DNA of 64,000 bases, from the NCBI GenBank assembly GCA_024743115.1, contig JANSXC010000002.1:38207-102206 (forward strand), in the 5' to 3' direction. A program made the translations under genes and the position numbers. The notes below the pieces were generated by a model. It was given only the letters and a program-made list of their open reading frames with translations. It ran no database searches and was not told the DNA's origin. This stretch comes from a bacterium (lineage in GTDB: Bacteria > Planctomycetota > UBA1135 > UBA2386). Shown in pieces: positions 38,490-50,646 of the stretch (positions within the stretch are counted from its first letter, which is position 1; each line of letters starts with the position of its first letter).

Positions 38490-40511
38490 ATGCGATCGCG
38501 TCTTGGCATCCTGTTCCTCGGTCTCGCGGCAGCCCTGGCGCCTGCCCAGGCGTCGCCCGAATCGACCCGCGCGGCGATCGAGTTCCTGCGCCGGCACATG
38601 CCCGCCGGTGACGTCGGCGTCGTGACCCCCGAGTTCCTCGCCGCCGAAGTGCAGCTCGCACTGGCCGCGCGCGCGGCGACACCGTGGGGCGCGCAGCTCA
38701 CCGACGCGATGTTCCACAACTACGTCCTGCCCTATGCACAGGCGAACGAGACCCGCGAGAGCTGGCGTGCCGACTTCCAGCGCCGGTTCCTGCCGCGCGT
38801 TGCCGACTGCCAGACGCCGGGCGAGGCTGCGCTCGTCCTCAACCGAGTCGTGTTCGACGAGCTGAACGTGCACTACTCGACGAAGCGGCGGCGGGCCGAC
38901 CAGTCACCGAGCGAGTCGATCGCGCAGGGTATGGCAAGTTGCACGGGCCTCTCGATCGTGCTGGCCGATGCATGTCGGGCCTGTTGTGTGCCGGCGCGTC
39001 TCGTCTCGGTGGCCTGGCCACACAAGCGTGGCAACCACACGTGGGTCGAGGTCTGGGATGGCGAGCGCTGGCGCTTCTGCGGTGCGGACGAGCCGGACCC
39101 GAAGGGCCTCGATCGGGCGTGGTTCGTTGGTGACGCCAGCAAGTGCGCGGGTGCACAGCGCAAGAACCGTATCTGGGCCGTGTCCTTTGCGCGCACGGGA
39201 GAACGGTTCCGGGTCGGGTGGGGGCGTGACATCGAGTTGTGGGGCATCGATGTCACGGCGCGCTACACGAAGCAACCCCAGGGCGGCGGTGGCGGTGACG
39301 AGGCCCTCGCGGCGCAGCTCGACCGGTTCTACGCGGCGACGCCCGAAGCACGGGCGAAGTTCGCGTTCGATCGCAACCTCGACGCCGAACTCGCAACCAA
39401 AGCCGGGGACGCGCGGCTGCGGCGGTTGGTGTTCGAGGCCTGGCGCCGCAGCGAGCGGCCGAAGCTCGACACCGATCACGGCCAGCGTGTCGTGCACGCG
39501 GGCGGTAAGGAGAGTCCGTTCACGGTCAAACAGGTCGGGCAGCGACCCGCGACCGGTTGGCCGCTCGTGATCGCGATGCATGGTGGCGGCGGCGTGCCCA
39601 AGAAGTTCAACGACTCGCAGTGGCGCCACATGCAGATCTACTACCGCGATCAGCCGCAGGCGTCCGGCTACCTCTACTGCGCGCTGCGGGCGCCGACGGA
39701 CGAGTGGAACGGGTTCTACACCGACTACTTCTACCCGGTGCTGGAGAAGCTCATCCGGCAGTTCGTCGTGTGCGACGGCGTCGATCCGGACCGCGTCATC
39801 GCGATCGGCTACAGCCACGGTGGCTACGGTGCGTTCGCGCTGGGCCCGAAGCTGCCGCATCGCTTCGCGGCGGTGCACGCGAGCGCCGCCGCGCCGACCG
39901 ACGGCCAGAGCCTGCCTGACGGCCTGCATTCGCTGAGATTCTCGTTCATGGTCGGCGGCAAGGACACCGCCTACGGTCGCCGCTCACGTTGCGAGGCCTT
40001 CGCCAAGTCGCTGACGCGGATGCAACGTGCGCGGCCCGAGCTCTACCCGACCGAGTTCACGCTCGTCGAGGGCAACGGGCACACGGGGCTGCCGGACCGC
40101 GACCTGCTGCGGGAGCTCGTCCCACTGCGGCGGAACCCGATCCCTGCCACGCTCTATTGGCGGCCGACGGATGGAGTCGTGCGCGACCACTACTGGCTGC
40201 ACAACTCCGAGCCGCGACGGGATCAGCGACTGCATGCGGCGATCAACGGCCAGCGGGTCGACTATCACCTCGGGGGGGCGACCGCGGTCGAGGCGTGGCT
40301 CGATGCACGCCACGTCGATCTCACCGCGGCCGTGACGTTTCGCGACGTCGGGGAGGGCTGGCAGTTGAACGGTCTCGATCCGAAGCTCGAGGAGCAGCGT
40401 GAGCCGCCCTTCGAGGTCTCACCGAGTCCGAGCCTCCGGACGCTGGCCACCACGATGGCCGAGCGCGGTGATCCGCGTCTCGCGGCGAGCTGGATCGTCG
40501 GGCTGCGCTGA
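38490..40511 (+). CDS. Exported transglutaminase-like cysteine-protease-fold domain fused to an alpha/beta-hydrolase (esterase/peptidase) domain
   Basis: 673-aa ORF with signal peptide ...GLAAALAPAQ. Transglutaminase core Cys...His...Asp (MASCTGLSIVLADA...GNHTWVEVWDGERWRFCGADEP). C-terminal HGGGG, nucleophile elbow GYSHGG and GNGHTG. Confidence 0.8.
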   Translation: MRSRLGILFLGLAAALAPAQASPESTRAAIEFLRRHMPAGDVGVVTPEFLAAEVQLALAARAATPWGAQLTDAMFHNYVLPYAQANETRESWRADFQRRFLPRVADCQTPGEAALVLNRVVFDELNVHYSTKRRRADQSPSESIAQGMASCTGLSIVLADACRACCVPARLVSVAWPHKRGNHTWVEVWDGERWRFCGADEPDPKGLDRAWFVGDASKCAGAQRKNRIWAVSFARTGERFRVGWGRDIELWGIDVTARYTKQPQGGGGGDEALAAQLDRFYAATPEARAKFAFDRNLDAELATKAGDARLRRLVFEAWRRSERPKLDTDHGQRVVHAGGKESPFTVKQVGQRPATGWPLVIAMHGGGGVPKKFNDSQWRHMQIYYRDQPQASGYLYCALRAPTDEWNGFYTDYFYPVLEKLIRQFVVCDGVDPDRVIAIGYSHGGYGAFALGPKLPHRFAAVHASAAAPTDGQSLPDGLHSLRFSFMVGGKDTAYGRRSRCEAFAKSLTRMQRARPELYPTEFTLVEGNGHTGLPDRDLLRELVPLRRNPIPATLYWRPTDGVVRDHYWLHNSEPRRDQRLHAAINGQRVDYHLGGATAVEAWLDARHVDLTAAVTFRDVGEGWQLNGLDPKLEEQREPPFEVSPSPSLRTLATTMAERGDPRLAASWIVGLR

Positions 40512-40539
40512 GTCGGTCGGCGTTCGGGCCGCGGGCGTG

Positions 40540-42543
40540 TCAGGTGCTCAGCATGGCCAGGATCGCGTTTCCGAGTTCGCTCGGCAGCACGGGCTTGGCC
40601 AGGGTGCGATCGACGCCGACCTTGGTGGGGTCGTCGATTGCCGTGCCGGGCAGGAACCCCGAGCACAACAGGATCGGTAGCTCGGGGCGTGAGCGGCGGA
40701 CGGCGCCTGCGAGCTCCACGCCGGAGATCTCCGGCATGTCGTGATCGGTGACGAGGAGGTCGCAAGTGAGGCCGTCCTCCAACGCCGTGAGGGCCGCGAT
40801 GGGGCTCGTGTGGGCGGTGACCGTGAAGTCGCGGCGCTCGAGCCCGCGTCGCAGGGTATCGAGCAGGCTGGGTTCGTCGTCGACGAGCAAGACGTGTGGT
40901 GTCGCGCGTACCGTGGTGTCGGCGATGACCGGTGCGGGTTCGAGCGTGGCCCGCGGCAGACCGATGCGGAAAGTCGTGCCCTGACCTTCGTTGCTCTCCA
41001 CCTCGATGTGGCCCTCGTGACTCTCGATGATGCCGTGCACGACGGACAGGCCGAGGCCCGAGCCCTGGCCCTTCGGCTTGGTCGTGAAGAACGGTTCGAA
41101 GACTCGCTCTCGCGTCTGCTCCGATATCCCGCGGCCGTCGTCGGCGACAACGAGCTCGATCTCGTGCTCGTCTGCAGCTGCGGCCCGGATCGTGATCGTC
41201 CCGGGGCCTTCGCCGATCGCATGCCAGGCGTTCGTGCCGAGGTTGATGATGACCTGCACCAGCTGGTCTGAGTCGGCGCGCGCCGCGAGCTCCGTCGTTG
41301 GCGCGTCGAGCACCAGATCAATCGAACGCGGGATCGTGCCGCGCAGCAGGCGAACGGCTTCCTCGAGCAGGGGCCGCAGTTCTACCGTGGCCAGCTGTGG
41401 GGCCTCGTTGCGGCTGAAGGCGAGGACCTGACGCACGAGTGCTCGCGCGCGTTGGCCGGCCTGAGCGATCTCGTCGAGCGCAGATCTGGTCTCGGGCGGC
41501 GGTTGATCCAGCAGCGCGAGCTCGACGTTGCCCGAGATGATTGCGAGGATGTTGTTGAAGTCGTGCGCGATGCCGCCAGCGAGCGTGCCCATGGCCTCGA
41601 GTCTCTGCATGCGGCTCATGCGTTCCGATACCTCGGTGCGTTCTCGCTCAGCGAGTTTCTGCGCGGTGATGTCGATGTGACAGCCGACGAGCCCGGTCAT
41701 CCGGCCGCCGTCGGCGGTGACCATCTCGCCACGCGCGAGGATCCAGCGGTACTGGTCGTCCGCGAATCGGAGTCGGTACTCGGTGGAGTAGTCCGGGCTG
41801 TTGCCGTCCAGGTGGCGTCGAATGGCGGCCAGCGCGAGCGGTAGGTCGTCGGGATGGACGCGGTTGGCCCAGGCGTCGAACGTCTCGCCGGCCGGGCCGT
41901 CGCCGAAGCCGACCGTCTCCTGCCATTTGGGGTTGTAGGTGATCCGGCCGGAACCGAGCTCCCAGTTCCAGAAGCCGACCCTGCTGGCCTGTGCCGCGAG
42001 GGTCAGCTGGACCTCGGTGGCTCGCAACTGCGCGGCGACCCGGTTGCGTTCCGTGATATCGCGATTGAACGAGACGATGCACTTACGACCGCTGATGTTG
42101 GCGACGCGGGCGTGGACTTCGACTGGAAACACCGAACCGTCCCGCCGGCGATGGGTGACCTGGAAGCAGAGGTTGCCCCGCTGGCGGAGTGCGGCGATCC
42201 GTTCGCCGACGCGGATGGCATCTTCTCGGCTGTCGAGCAGGCCGATCGAGCGCCCGATCAGGTCTTCTCGCTCGTAGCCGTGGCTCGTCGCGGCCAGGGT
42301 GTTGGCGTCGAGAATGCGACCTTCTTCGTAGCCGTCGAACCCGATGAGCAAGACGGCGTCGGGCACGGCCTCGAGCAGTTCGCGGCGGATCCGGCGCTCC
42401 GCCAGCCATTGGCTGGTTGCTTCGGGCAGCGACTCGACAGCGGTCTCCGCTGCAACCACGGAGTCCCGGCCGTCGTCGCCCCTCTCTTCGCCTGGGCTCG
42501 AAGCGTTCATGGCACCGACTCCAACCGGCATCGGCCAGCCCAC
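40540..42543 (-). CDS. Hybrid sensor histidine kinase / response regulator with multiple PAS domains
   Basis: 667-aa ORF. PAS-like repeats, H-box GIAHDFNNILAIISG, ATPase boxes NLGTNAWHA / DDGRGI / GSGLGLS, and a C-terminal receiver (HVLLVDDEPSLL...LLVTDHDMPEISG). Confidence 0.92.
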   Translation of the reverse strand: MGWPMPVGVGAMNASSPGEERGDDGRDSVVAAETAVESLPEATSQWLAERRIRRELLEAVPDAVLLIGFDGYEEGRILDANTLAATSHGYEREDLIGRSIGLLDSREDAIRVGERIAALRQRGNLCFQVTHRRRDGSVFPVEVHARVANISGRKCIVSFNRDITERNRVAAQLRATEVQLTLAAQASRVGFWNWELGSGRITYNPKWQETVGFGDGPAGETFDAWANRVHPDDLPLALAAIRRHLDGNSPDYSTEYRLRFADDQYRWILARGEMVTADGGRMTGLVGCHIDITAQKLAERERTEVSERMSRMQRLEAMGTLAGGIAHDFNNILAIISGNVELALLDQPPPETRSALDEIAQAGQRARALVRQVLAFSRNEAPQLATVELRPLLEEAVRLLRGTIPRSIDLVLDAPTTELAARADSDQLVQVIINLGTNAWHAIGEGPGTITIRAAAADEHEIELVVADDGRGISEQTRERVFEPFFTTKPKGQGSGLGLSVVHGIIESHEGHIEVESNEGQGTTFRIGLPRATLEPAPVIADTTVRATPHVLLVDDEPSLLDTLRRGLERRDFTVTAHTSPIAALTALEDGLTCDLLVTDHDMPEISGVELAGAVRRSRPELPILLCSGFLPGTAIDDPTKVGVDRTLAKPVLPSELGNAILAMLST

Positions 42544-42578
42544 CGGGCCGACTTGATCGGATCCTGCCGGCCGGTTCG

Positions 42579-43367
42579 TCAGGCGCGAACGAACTCGATG
42601 ACGCGATCGAACGCCGCTGCCGACTCGAGCAGCAGGCTATGTCCGGCGCTGGCGATGCACTCGAACTGCGCGTTCGAGATCAGCGTGGCGGTGGCCTCGA
42701 CCTCCGCGGGCAGCGTCAGATGGTCCTCGGCGCCCGCCAGGCACAGGGTCGGCCACTGCACCTGGTCCGCGAGTCCGGCGCCGTCGAAGGCCAGCAGCGC
42801 GCGTACCTGGGCACGCATGAACGCGCGCGATTCGGGGCTCGGTTTCGTGCTCCGGACGATGTTGTCGACGACGTCGGGCTTGTTGTTGAGGAACGTCTCG
42901 CCGAACAGAAACGGCGCCGTGAGGTCGCCGAGCAGGTCGCCGGGCACGTCCGTGCAGAGCCGTTCGAACCAGCGATAGATCCGCTGACTGCGCGGCGTCT
43001 GCGGCGCGGCGCTGCAGAGCATCACGAGGCGGCTGGCGTGTTCGGAGTGGGTCGCCGCGGCCTGGAGTGCGACTTTGCCGCCGAGCGAGGTGCCGACGAG
43101 CGTGACGGGTTGCGGCAGCTCGGCCGCGACCGCGAGGACGTCGAGCGCTGCCTGCTGGAAGTCGTAGATGCCGCCCGGCAACGGGCCCGACGGGTCGAGG
43201 CCGACGGGGTCGATGGCGCAGCACGTGAAGCCGGCACGGACGAACCGGCGCGGCAGCGTTCCGAACAGGCGGGCGCCGGACCCCAGGCCCGGCACGAGCA
43301 CGATGCCCGGGCCGTCACCGTCGCGGCTGTAGTGGATCGAGCGCGAAGCACGCGTGAGGTTCGGCAT
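42579..43367 (-). CDS. Alpha/beta-fold hydrolase
   Basis: The ORF is open to 43454, but that start overlaps the upstream gene, so ATG 43367 is preferred. Motifs VLVPGLGSG and nucleophile elbow GTSLGG. Confidence 0.8.
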   Translation of the reverse strand: MPNLTRASRSIHYSRDGDGPGIVLVPGLGSGARLFGTLPRRFVRAGFTCCAIDPVGLDPSGPLPGGIYDFQQAALDVLAVAAELPQPVTLVGTSLGGKVALQAAATHSEHASRLVMLCSAAPQTPRSQRIYRWFERLCTDVPGDLLGDLTAPFLFGETFLNNKPDVVDNIVRSTKPSPESRAFMRAQVRALLAFDGAGLADQVQWPTLCLAGAEDHLTLPAEVEATATLISNAQFECIASAGHSLLLESAAAFDRVIEFVRA

Positions 43368-43398
43368 GGTCGAGCCAGTCGGGTGGCAGTCCGTGGTT

Positions 43399-44487
43399 TC
43401 AGCGCTCGAGGATGTAGGCTTTCTCGACCTCCGGCAGCATCGTGAGCACGACATCCGCCGTGATCTCGAAGCTCCTGGGGTCGAGGTTCTCGAGCGTGTC
43501 GGCGGGGGTGTGCCAGGTCACATTGCCGTTGAGGTCAATGAGGTCGACCGCCGGGATGCCCACCTCCATGAACGGCACGTGGTCATCGGCGGCACCCTCC
43601 GCCCGCTGGAAGAAGTGCTTGTCGTGGCCGCTGGCGACCGCGGCGCTCCAGAGGATCTGACGCAGGCGGGTCGTGGAGTAGAGCTCGTCCTGAATGTGCA
43701 GATTCTTGCCGCCGACCATGTCGAGCAGGATCAGCGCCGAGATGCGACCTTCTTCGCCGAGGACCTGGGCTTCGCGGTGGCGTTTGACGTAGCGCTTGCT
43801 GCCGAACAGCGCGCGCGCGGCTTCGTTCCAGTTCCAGTCGAGGCTCTCTTCGCCGTCGAAGAACACGAGCTCGATCGTGGCCTCGCGCTTCGTTGCGAGC
43901 AACGTCGGCACGAGCTCGAGCAGCAGCGCGACCGCGCTCGCACCGTCGTTGGCGCCGACGAAGTCGAAGTTGTGTCGTTGGTCCGGATGCTCGATCGTGC
44001 ACTTGGTGTCGTGATGGCACGCGAGCAGGATGCGGTCGTCACGTTTGCCGGGGATCGTCGCGCGCAGGTTCGTGAACGTGATCAGCTCCTTGCGATCCGT
44101 CCACGTGTCGCGGATGACCTTCAGCCCCGCGGCCTGCAGCTCGGTCTCGATGTAGCGCAGCTGCTGCGTCCACCCGGGCATACCCGCGGGCTTGGCGGAG
44201 TAGCGCGGGCCGAATCCCACGATCTTCTCGGCGCGCGCGAACGCGCGTTCGCCAAACCCTTTCGGCGCGCGGATCGCGGTCATCGGCAGTTTGACCCGGC
44301 GGTCGATCGCGGGGTGGCTGCGAAGCTGACCGGGCGACTGGCCGGATTCCTGGGTGCCGTTCTGTGGCGTGCCGGCGGTGCCCGTGCCGTCCTGGGGCGT
44401 GCCCCATGAGTTCTGCGAGGCTGCGGCCCCGAAGCAGGCCGCGAGCACGGCCGCGATCGCGATTCCGACGACGACACTCGTGCGCAT
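43399..44487 (-). CDS. M28-fold glutaminyl-peptide cyclotransferase-like lipoprotein (paralog 1)
   Basis: 362-aa ORF with a lipobox (AAVLAAC). Motifs LLACHHDTK, FVGANDGASAVALLLEL, VFFDGEES, LFGSKRY, LILLDMVGG, DDHVPFMEVGIPAVDLID and WHTPADTLENLD are collinear with mammalian-type QC. Confidence 0.8.
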   Translation of the reverse strand: MRTSVVVGIAIAAVLAACFGAAASQNSWGTPQDGTGTAGTPQNGTQESGQSPGQLRSHPAIDRRVKLPMTAIRAPKGFGERAFARAEKIVGFGPRYSAKPAGMPGWTQQLRYIETELQAAGLKVIRDTWTDRKELITFTNLRATIPGKRDDRILLACHHDTKCTIEHPDQRHNFDFVGANDGASAVALLLELVPTLLATKREATIELVFFDGEESLDWNWNEAARALFGSKRYVKRHREAQVLGEEGRISALILLDMVGGKNLHIQDELYSTTRLRQILWSAAVASGHDKHFFQRAEGAADDHVPFMEVGIPAVDLIDLNGNVTWHTPADTLENLDPRSFEITADVVLTMLPEVEKAYILER

Positions 44488-44517
44488 GATGAGCTCCAGC
44501 GTTGGGTGATGCGGCGG

Positions 44518-45645
44518 CTACTTGCCGCGCTTCTTGCGCTTGCCCTGACAGAACTCCGCGAGCGCCGGGAGCGCGGCGACGACGAGGTTCCCCGCGGTCG
44601 CGAGCGCTTCGGGGTCGACCGCGTCGAGGTTGTCGTCGGGCGTGTGCCACCAGCGTTCGTAGCGATCGTCCTGGGGTTGGCCGTCCTGTGGGATGCGGCG
44701 CGCGAAGTCGATCAGCAGCACGGAAGGAATGCCGTAGTTCTGGAAGATCTCGTGGTCGTCCTTGGTGCCCCACTTGAGCCCGCGGCGGGCGAACTCGGCG
44801 ACCTCCTCCTTCTTCGGAAACTCGTAGAGCAGCTGTCCGGGCCCGACGCCGTAGCCGATCGCCTTTGCGGCGTCGGCGAAGATGTCCTGCAGCGCAGGCA
44901 CGGAGTTACCGTCCTTGTCGATCTTGAAGTTCTTGCTGCCGATCAGATCGAGCAGCACGAACGCCTTGACGCGCGGCTTGATCTTCTTCTCGTGAAGCAT
45001 CTGGCAGAACGCCTTGCTGCCGAGCAGCGCCCGCTCGTCGTTCCACGTCCAGTCGATCGATTCCTCGGCGTCGATCCAGTAGAGCCAGACGTTGACGTCG
45101 GGGCGGTTCTTCGGGTCCGAGAGATGGCGCGCGAGCTCGATCAGCACGGCCGGTCCGCCGCCGCCGTCGATGGCGCCGACGAACGGGAAGTTGTGCGCTT
45201 CGTCGCTGTGGCCTATGGCGACCTTGGTGTCATAGTGAGCGCCGATCATCAAGATGGGGCCCTTGACGGGATCCGGCCCGTCGATCGCGACGTAGAGGTT
45301 GCGGATGAGCTTCTTCTCCTTGTCGTGCATGAGCTCGTGCCGCTGCGGCTTCAGGCCCATGGCGGAGAGTTGGCCGGTGATGTAGTCGGCGGTCTTGCCG
45401 AGCGCATCCGATCCGAACGGACGCGGTCCGATCTCGACGAACTTCTGCACGTGGACGTATGCCTCGCTGCCGGAGATCGGGCCCGACGGGCCGCTGCAGC
45501 ACGGCATGAGTGCCAGGCTGCCGAGCGCGAGCGTGGAGAGCAGGGCCGGCAGGACATGCCGCCGGCGCTGGGTTGGCGAAGAGGAACGATTCGCTGCATC
45601 ACGACCGGACATGCTCGCACCGTAACCCAGCACGCGGTTCGCCAC
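44518..45645 (-). CDS. M28-fold glutaminyl-peptide cyclotransferase-like lipoprotein (paralog 2)
   Basis: 375-aa ORF with a lipobox-like LALMPCC. Motifs IGAHYDTK, FVGAIDGGGGPAVLIELA, WIDAEES, LLGSKAF, VLLDLIGS, DDHEIFQNYGIPSVLLID, WHTPDDNLDAVD. Confidence 0.78.
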   Translation of the reverse strand: MANRVLGYGASMSGRDAANRSSSPTQRRRHVLPALLSTLALGSLALMPCCSGPSGPISGSEAYVHVQKFVEIGPRPFGSDALGKTADYITGQLSAMGLKPQRHELMHDKEKKLIRNLYVAIDGPDPVKGPILMIGAHYDTKVAIGHSDEAHNFPFVGAIDGGGGPAVLIELARHLSDPKNRPDVNVWLYWIDAEESIDWTWNDERALLGSKAFCQMLHEKKIKPRVKAFVLLDLIGSKNFKIDKDGNSVPALQDIFADAAKAIGYGVGPGQLLYEFPKKEEVAEFARRGLKWGTKDDHEIFQNYGIPSVLLIDFARRIPQDGQPQDDRYERWWHTPDDNLDAVDPEALATAGNLVVAALPALAEFCQGKRKKRGK

Positions 45646-45797
45646 AGGCGCTTTTCGCCCGGTGGCCCGCGCCGATTGGCTCGGAGATCGGGGCCGGACT
45701 TTGACTCATGCCAGCCCTTCGGAGCTCCGATACCATGGGCTGATACGGTAACGGCGCCCAAGTTCGCAACTAGCCGTAGATACAGGCAATCGAAGTC

Positions 45798-47828
<2,031 letters not shown>

Positions 47829-47840
47829 GAGAACCGAACC

Positions 47841-48944
47841 TTGTCCGTTCGCAGGATCGACCAGGACCACACGCGGTTCCGCAACATCGTCCGCGGCAAG
47901 ATCAAGCACGACCTCAAACGGTTCGTGAGCTCGGGCGAGTTGATCGGCAAGCAGGGCCAGCGCTACGTCAAGATCCCGCTCCCGCAGATCCAGCTGCCGC
48001 GGTTCCGCCACGGCCAGAACGAGGGCGGCGTCGGGCAGGGCGAGGGCGAGGACGGTCAGGGCGTGCCCGGTCAGGACGGCGAGGGCGCTGGCGAAGCTGG
48101 CGAGGATCCCGGGCAGCACATGCTCGAGGTCGAGGTTTCGCTCGAGGACCTCGCGAAGATTCTCGGCGAGGAACTCGAGCTGCCGAACATCGAGCCGCGT
48201 GGGCGCAAGAACGTGCGGACCTACGCGGGGCGCTACACCGGCATCTCGCGCACGGGGCCGAACTCACTACGGCACTTCAAGCGCACGTTCCGCGAGGCGC
48301 TCAAGCGCCAGATCGCGTCGGGCACCTACGATCCCGAGCACCCCGTCGTCGTGCCGATTCGCGAGGACATGCGTTTCCGTTCGATGGAGACCCGCGAGAT
48401 CCCGCAGGCGAGCGCGGCGATCATCTACATGATGGATGTCTCGGGCTCGATGGGGCGCGAACAGAAGGAGATCGTGCGCATCGAGGCGTTCTGGATCGAT
48501 ACCTGGCTGCGGCATCAATACAAGAATCTCGAGGTGCACTACATCGTGCACGACGCGGTGGCGCACGAGGTCGACCAGCACACGTTCTTCCATCTGCGCG
48601 AAAGTGGCGGCACCAAGATCAGTTCGGCCTACGAGCTCTGCACGCAGCTCATCCGCGACAAGTATCCCGCGCAGGAGTGGAACATCTATCCGTTCCACTT
48701 CAGCGACGGCGACAACTGGAGCGCGCGCGACACCGAGCACTGTGTATCGCTGCTCAAGGACAGCATCCTGCCGGTCTGCAACCAGTTCTCGTACGGGCAG
48801 GTCAAGAGCGCCTACGGCAGCGGGCAGTTCAAGAAGGACCTCGACGGCGCGTTTCGCGGCACCGAGAGAGTGGTGACGACCGACATCATGGATCGCGAAG
48901 GCATCCTGCCGAGCATCAAGACGTTCTTGAGCAAGGGGCGCTGA
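47841..48944 (+). CDS. YeaH/YhbH (DUF444) family protein with VWA-like MIDAS motif
   Basis: 367-aa ORF from TTG 47841, preceded by AGGAG (47827-47831). Motif [12 protein letters not shown]. Conserved position after prkA. Confidence 0.88.
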   Translation: MSVRRIDQDHTRFRNIVRGKIKHDLKRFVSSGELIGKQGQRYVKIPLPQIQLPRFRHGQNEGGVGQGEGEDGQGVPGQDGEGAGEAGEDPGQHMLEVEVSLEDLAKILGEELELPNIEPRGRKNVRTYAGRYTGISRTGPNSLRHFKRTFREALKRQIASGTYDPEHPVVVPIREDMRFRSMETREIPQASAAIIYMMDVSGSMGREQKEIVRIEAFWIDTWLRHQYKNLEVHYIVHDAVAHEVDQHTFFHLRESGGTKISSAYELCTQLIRDKYPAQEWNIYPFHFSDGDNWSARDTEHCVSLLKDSILPVCNQFSYGQVKSAYGSGQFKKDLDGAFRGTERVVTTDIMDREGILPSIKTFLSKGR

Positions 48945-48948
48945 CAGC

Positions 48949-50508
48949 ATGGGCAACCTCACCCCGGAACTCGCGGCGCTCCGCGACGAGACCCGTGACC
49001 TAGCGAAGAGCTACGGACTCGACTTCTACGAAGTGATCTTCGAACTCGTTGACTACGACGAGCTCAACATGATCGCGAGCTACGGCGGCTTCCCGACCCG
49101 GTATCCGCATTGGCGCTTCGGGATGGAGTACGAGCAGCTCAGCAAGAGCTACGCCTACGGGCTGTCGAAGATCTACGAGCTCGTGATCAACAACGATCCG
49201 TGCTATGCGTACTTGATGCGTAGCAACGCGATCACGGAGCAGAAGCTCGTGATGGCGCACGTCTACGGCCACTGCGACTTCTTCAAGAACAACGCGTGGT
49301 TCTCGCACACGTCGCGCAAGATGATGGACGTGATGGCGAATCATGGCTCGCGCATTCGGCGCTACATGGATCGCTACGGGCAAGAGCGGGTCGAGAACTT
49401 CATCGACCTCGTGCAGTCGCTCGAGAACCTGATCGATCCATACTCGCCGTACATCGATCGCGGCACGGACCGCCGCAGGGCGCCGCCGAGGAAGGACGAC
49501 CAGGATTCGCGTGAAGTGCAGAAGATCGCGGCCAAGGACTACATGGACCGCTACATCAACCCGCCCGAGTTCCTCGAGCGGGAGCGGGAGCGTCTGGATC
49601 AGGAGGATCAGCAGGCGCGGCAGTTCCCGGCGCGGCCCGAGCGCGACGTGCTCAAGTTCCTGCTCGACTACGCGCCGCTCGAGACTTGGGAGCAGGACGT
49701 GCTCGCGATGTTGCGCGAGGAGGCCTACTACTTCGCCCCCCAGGGCATGACGAAGATCATGAACGAGGGCTGGGCCGTGTTCTGGCACAGCCACATGATG
49801 ACGCGGCATCTATGTGACGCGTCCGAGATCGTCAACTACTGCGACACGCATAGCGGCACGCTCGGCACGAGTCCGGGCCAGCTCAATCCCTACAAGCTCG
49901 GCGTCGAGCTCTTCCGCGACATCGAGGAACGCTGGAACACCGGCAAGTTCGGCGTCGAGTACCAGTCGTGCGACGACCCGGAGGTGCGCAAGAACTGGCA
50001 TCGACCGACCAACGAGGGGCGGGCGAAGGTGTTCGAGGTGCGGCGGATCTACAACGACATCACGTTCGTCGATGAGTTCATCACGCCGGAGTTCGCGGAG
50101 GCGCAGAAGATGTTCGTCTACGGTCAGGATCCGCAGACGGGCGAGATCGTGATCCTCGACCGCGACTACACCAAGGTGAAGACGCAGCTGCTCGAGGCGC
50201 TGACGAACCACGGCAACCCGATCATCAAAGTGGTCGATGCGAACCACAAGAATCGCGGCGAGCTCTACCTCGTGCATCAGTGGGTCAAGGGTGACCTGCA
50301 GCTCGATGAGGCGATGCTGACACTGCAGGGGCTGTTCCAGCTCTGGAAGCGACCGGTGCACATCGAGACCGTCCAGGACGGCAAGGGGCGGCTGCTGAGT
50401 TTCGACGGCGAAGAGGCGTCGACCCAGGAGGTTACGAGTTCCCATCCGGTGACCGGCAGGGTCGGTGTCGGCTCCGAGAAGCAGTCCGAGGCCGAAGCCG
50501 AGAACTGA
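48949..50508 (+). CDS. spoVR: SpoVR/YcgB family protein
   Basis: 519-aa ORF. Motifs [15 protein letters not shown] and [18 protein letters not shown]. It starts 4 nt after the DUF444 stop. Confidence 0.9.
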   Translation: MGNLTPELAALRDETRDLAKSYGLDFYEVIFELVDYDELNMIASYGGFPTRYPHWRFGMEYEQLSKSYAYGLSKIYELVINNDPCYAYLMRSNAITEQKLVMAHVYGHCDFFKNNAWFSHTSRKMMDVMANHGSRIRRYMDRYGQERVENFIDLVQSLENLIDPYSPYIDRGTDRRRAPPRKDDQDSREVQKIAAKDYMDRYINPPEFLERERERLDQEDQQARQFPARPERDVLKFLLDYAPLETWEQDVLAMLREEAYYFAPQGMTKIMNEGWAVFWHSHMMTRHLCDASEIVNYCDTHSGTLGTSPGQLNPYKLGVELFRDIEERWNTGKFGVEYQSCDDPEVRKNWHRPTNEGRAKVFEVRRIYNDITFVDEFITPEFAEAQKMFVYGQDPQTGEIVILDRDYTKVKTQLLEALTNHGNPIIKVVDANHKNRGELYLVHQWVKGDLQLDEAMLTLQGLFQLWKRPVHIETVQDGKGRLLSFDGEEASTQEVTSSHPVTGRVGVGSEKQSEAEAEN

Positions 50509-50646
50509 TCTTCACCGTCGGAGCCACGACACTCGCCGTCGGAGGCGCGACAGGGTGGTGACGGACTCGGGTGTTCGGGCGGCGTCGGCGGTGGTCTGCC
50601 TGCTGGCACGTCACTTGCACGGCGGTGTGCCTACACTGGAGCCGCC

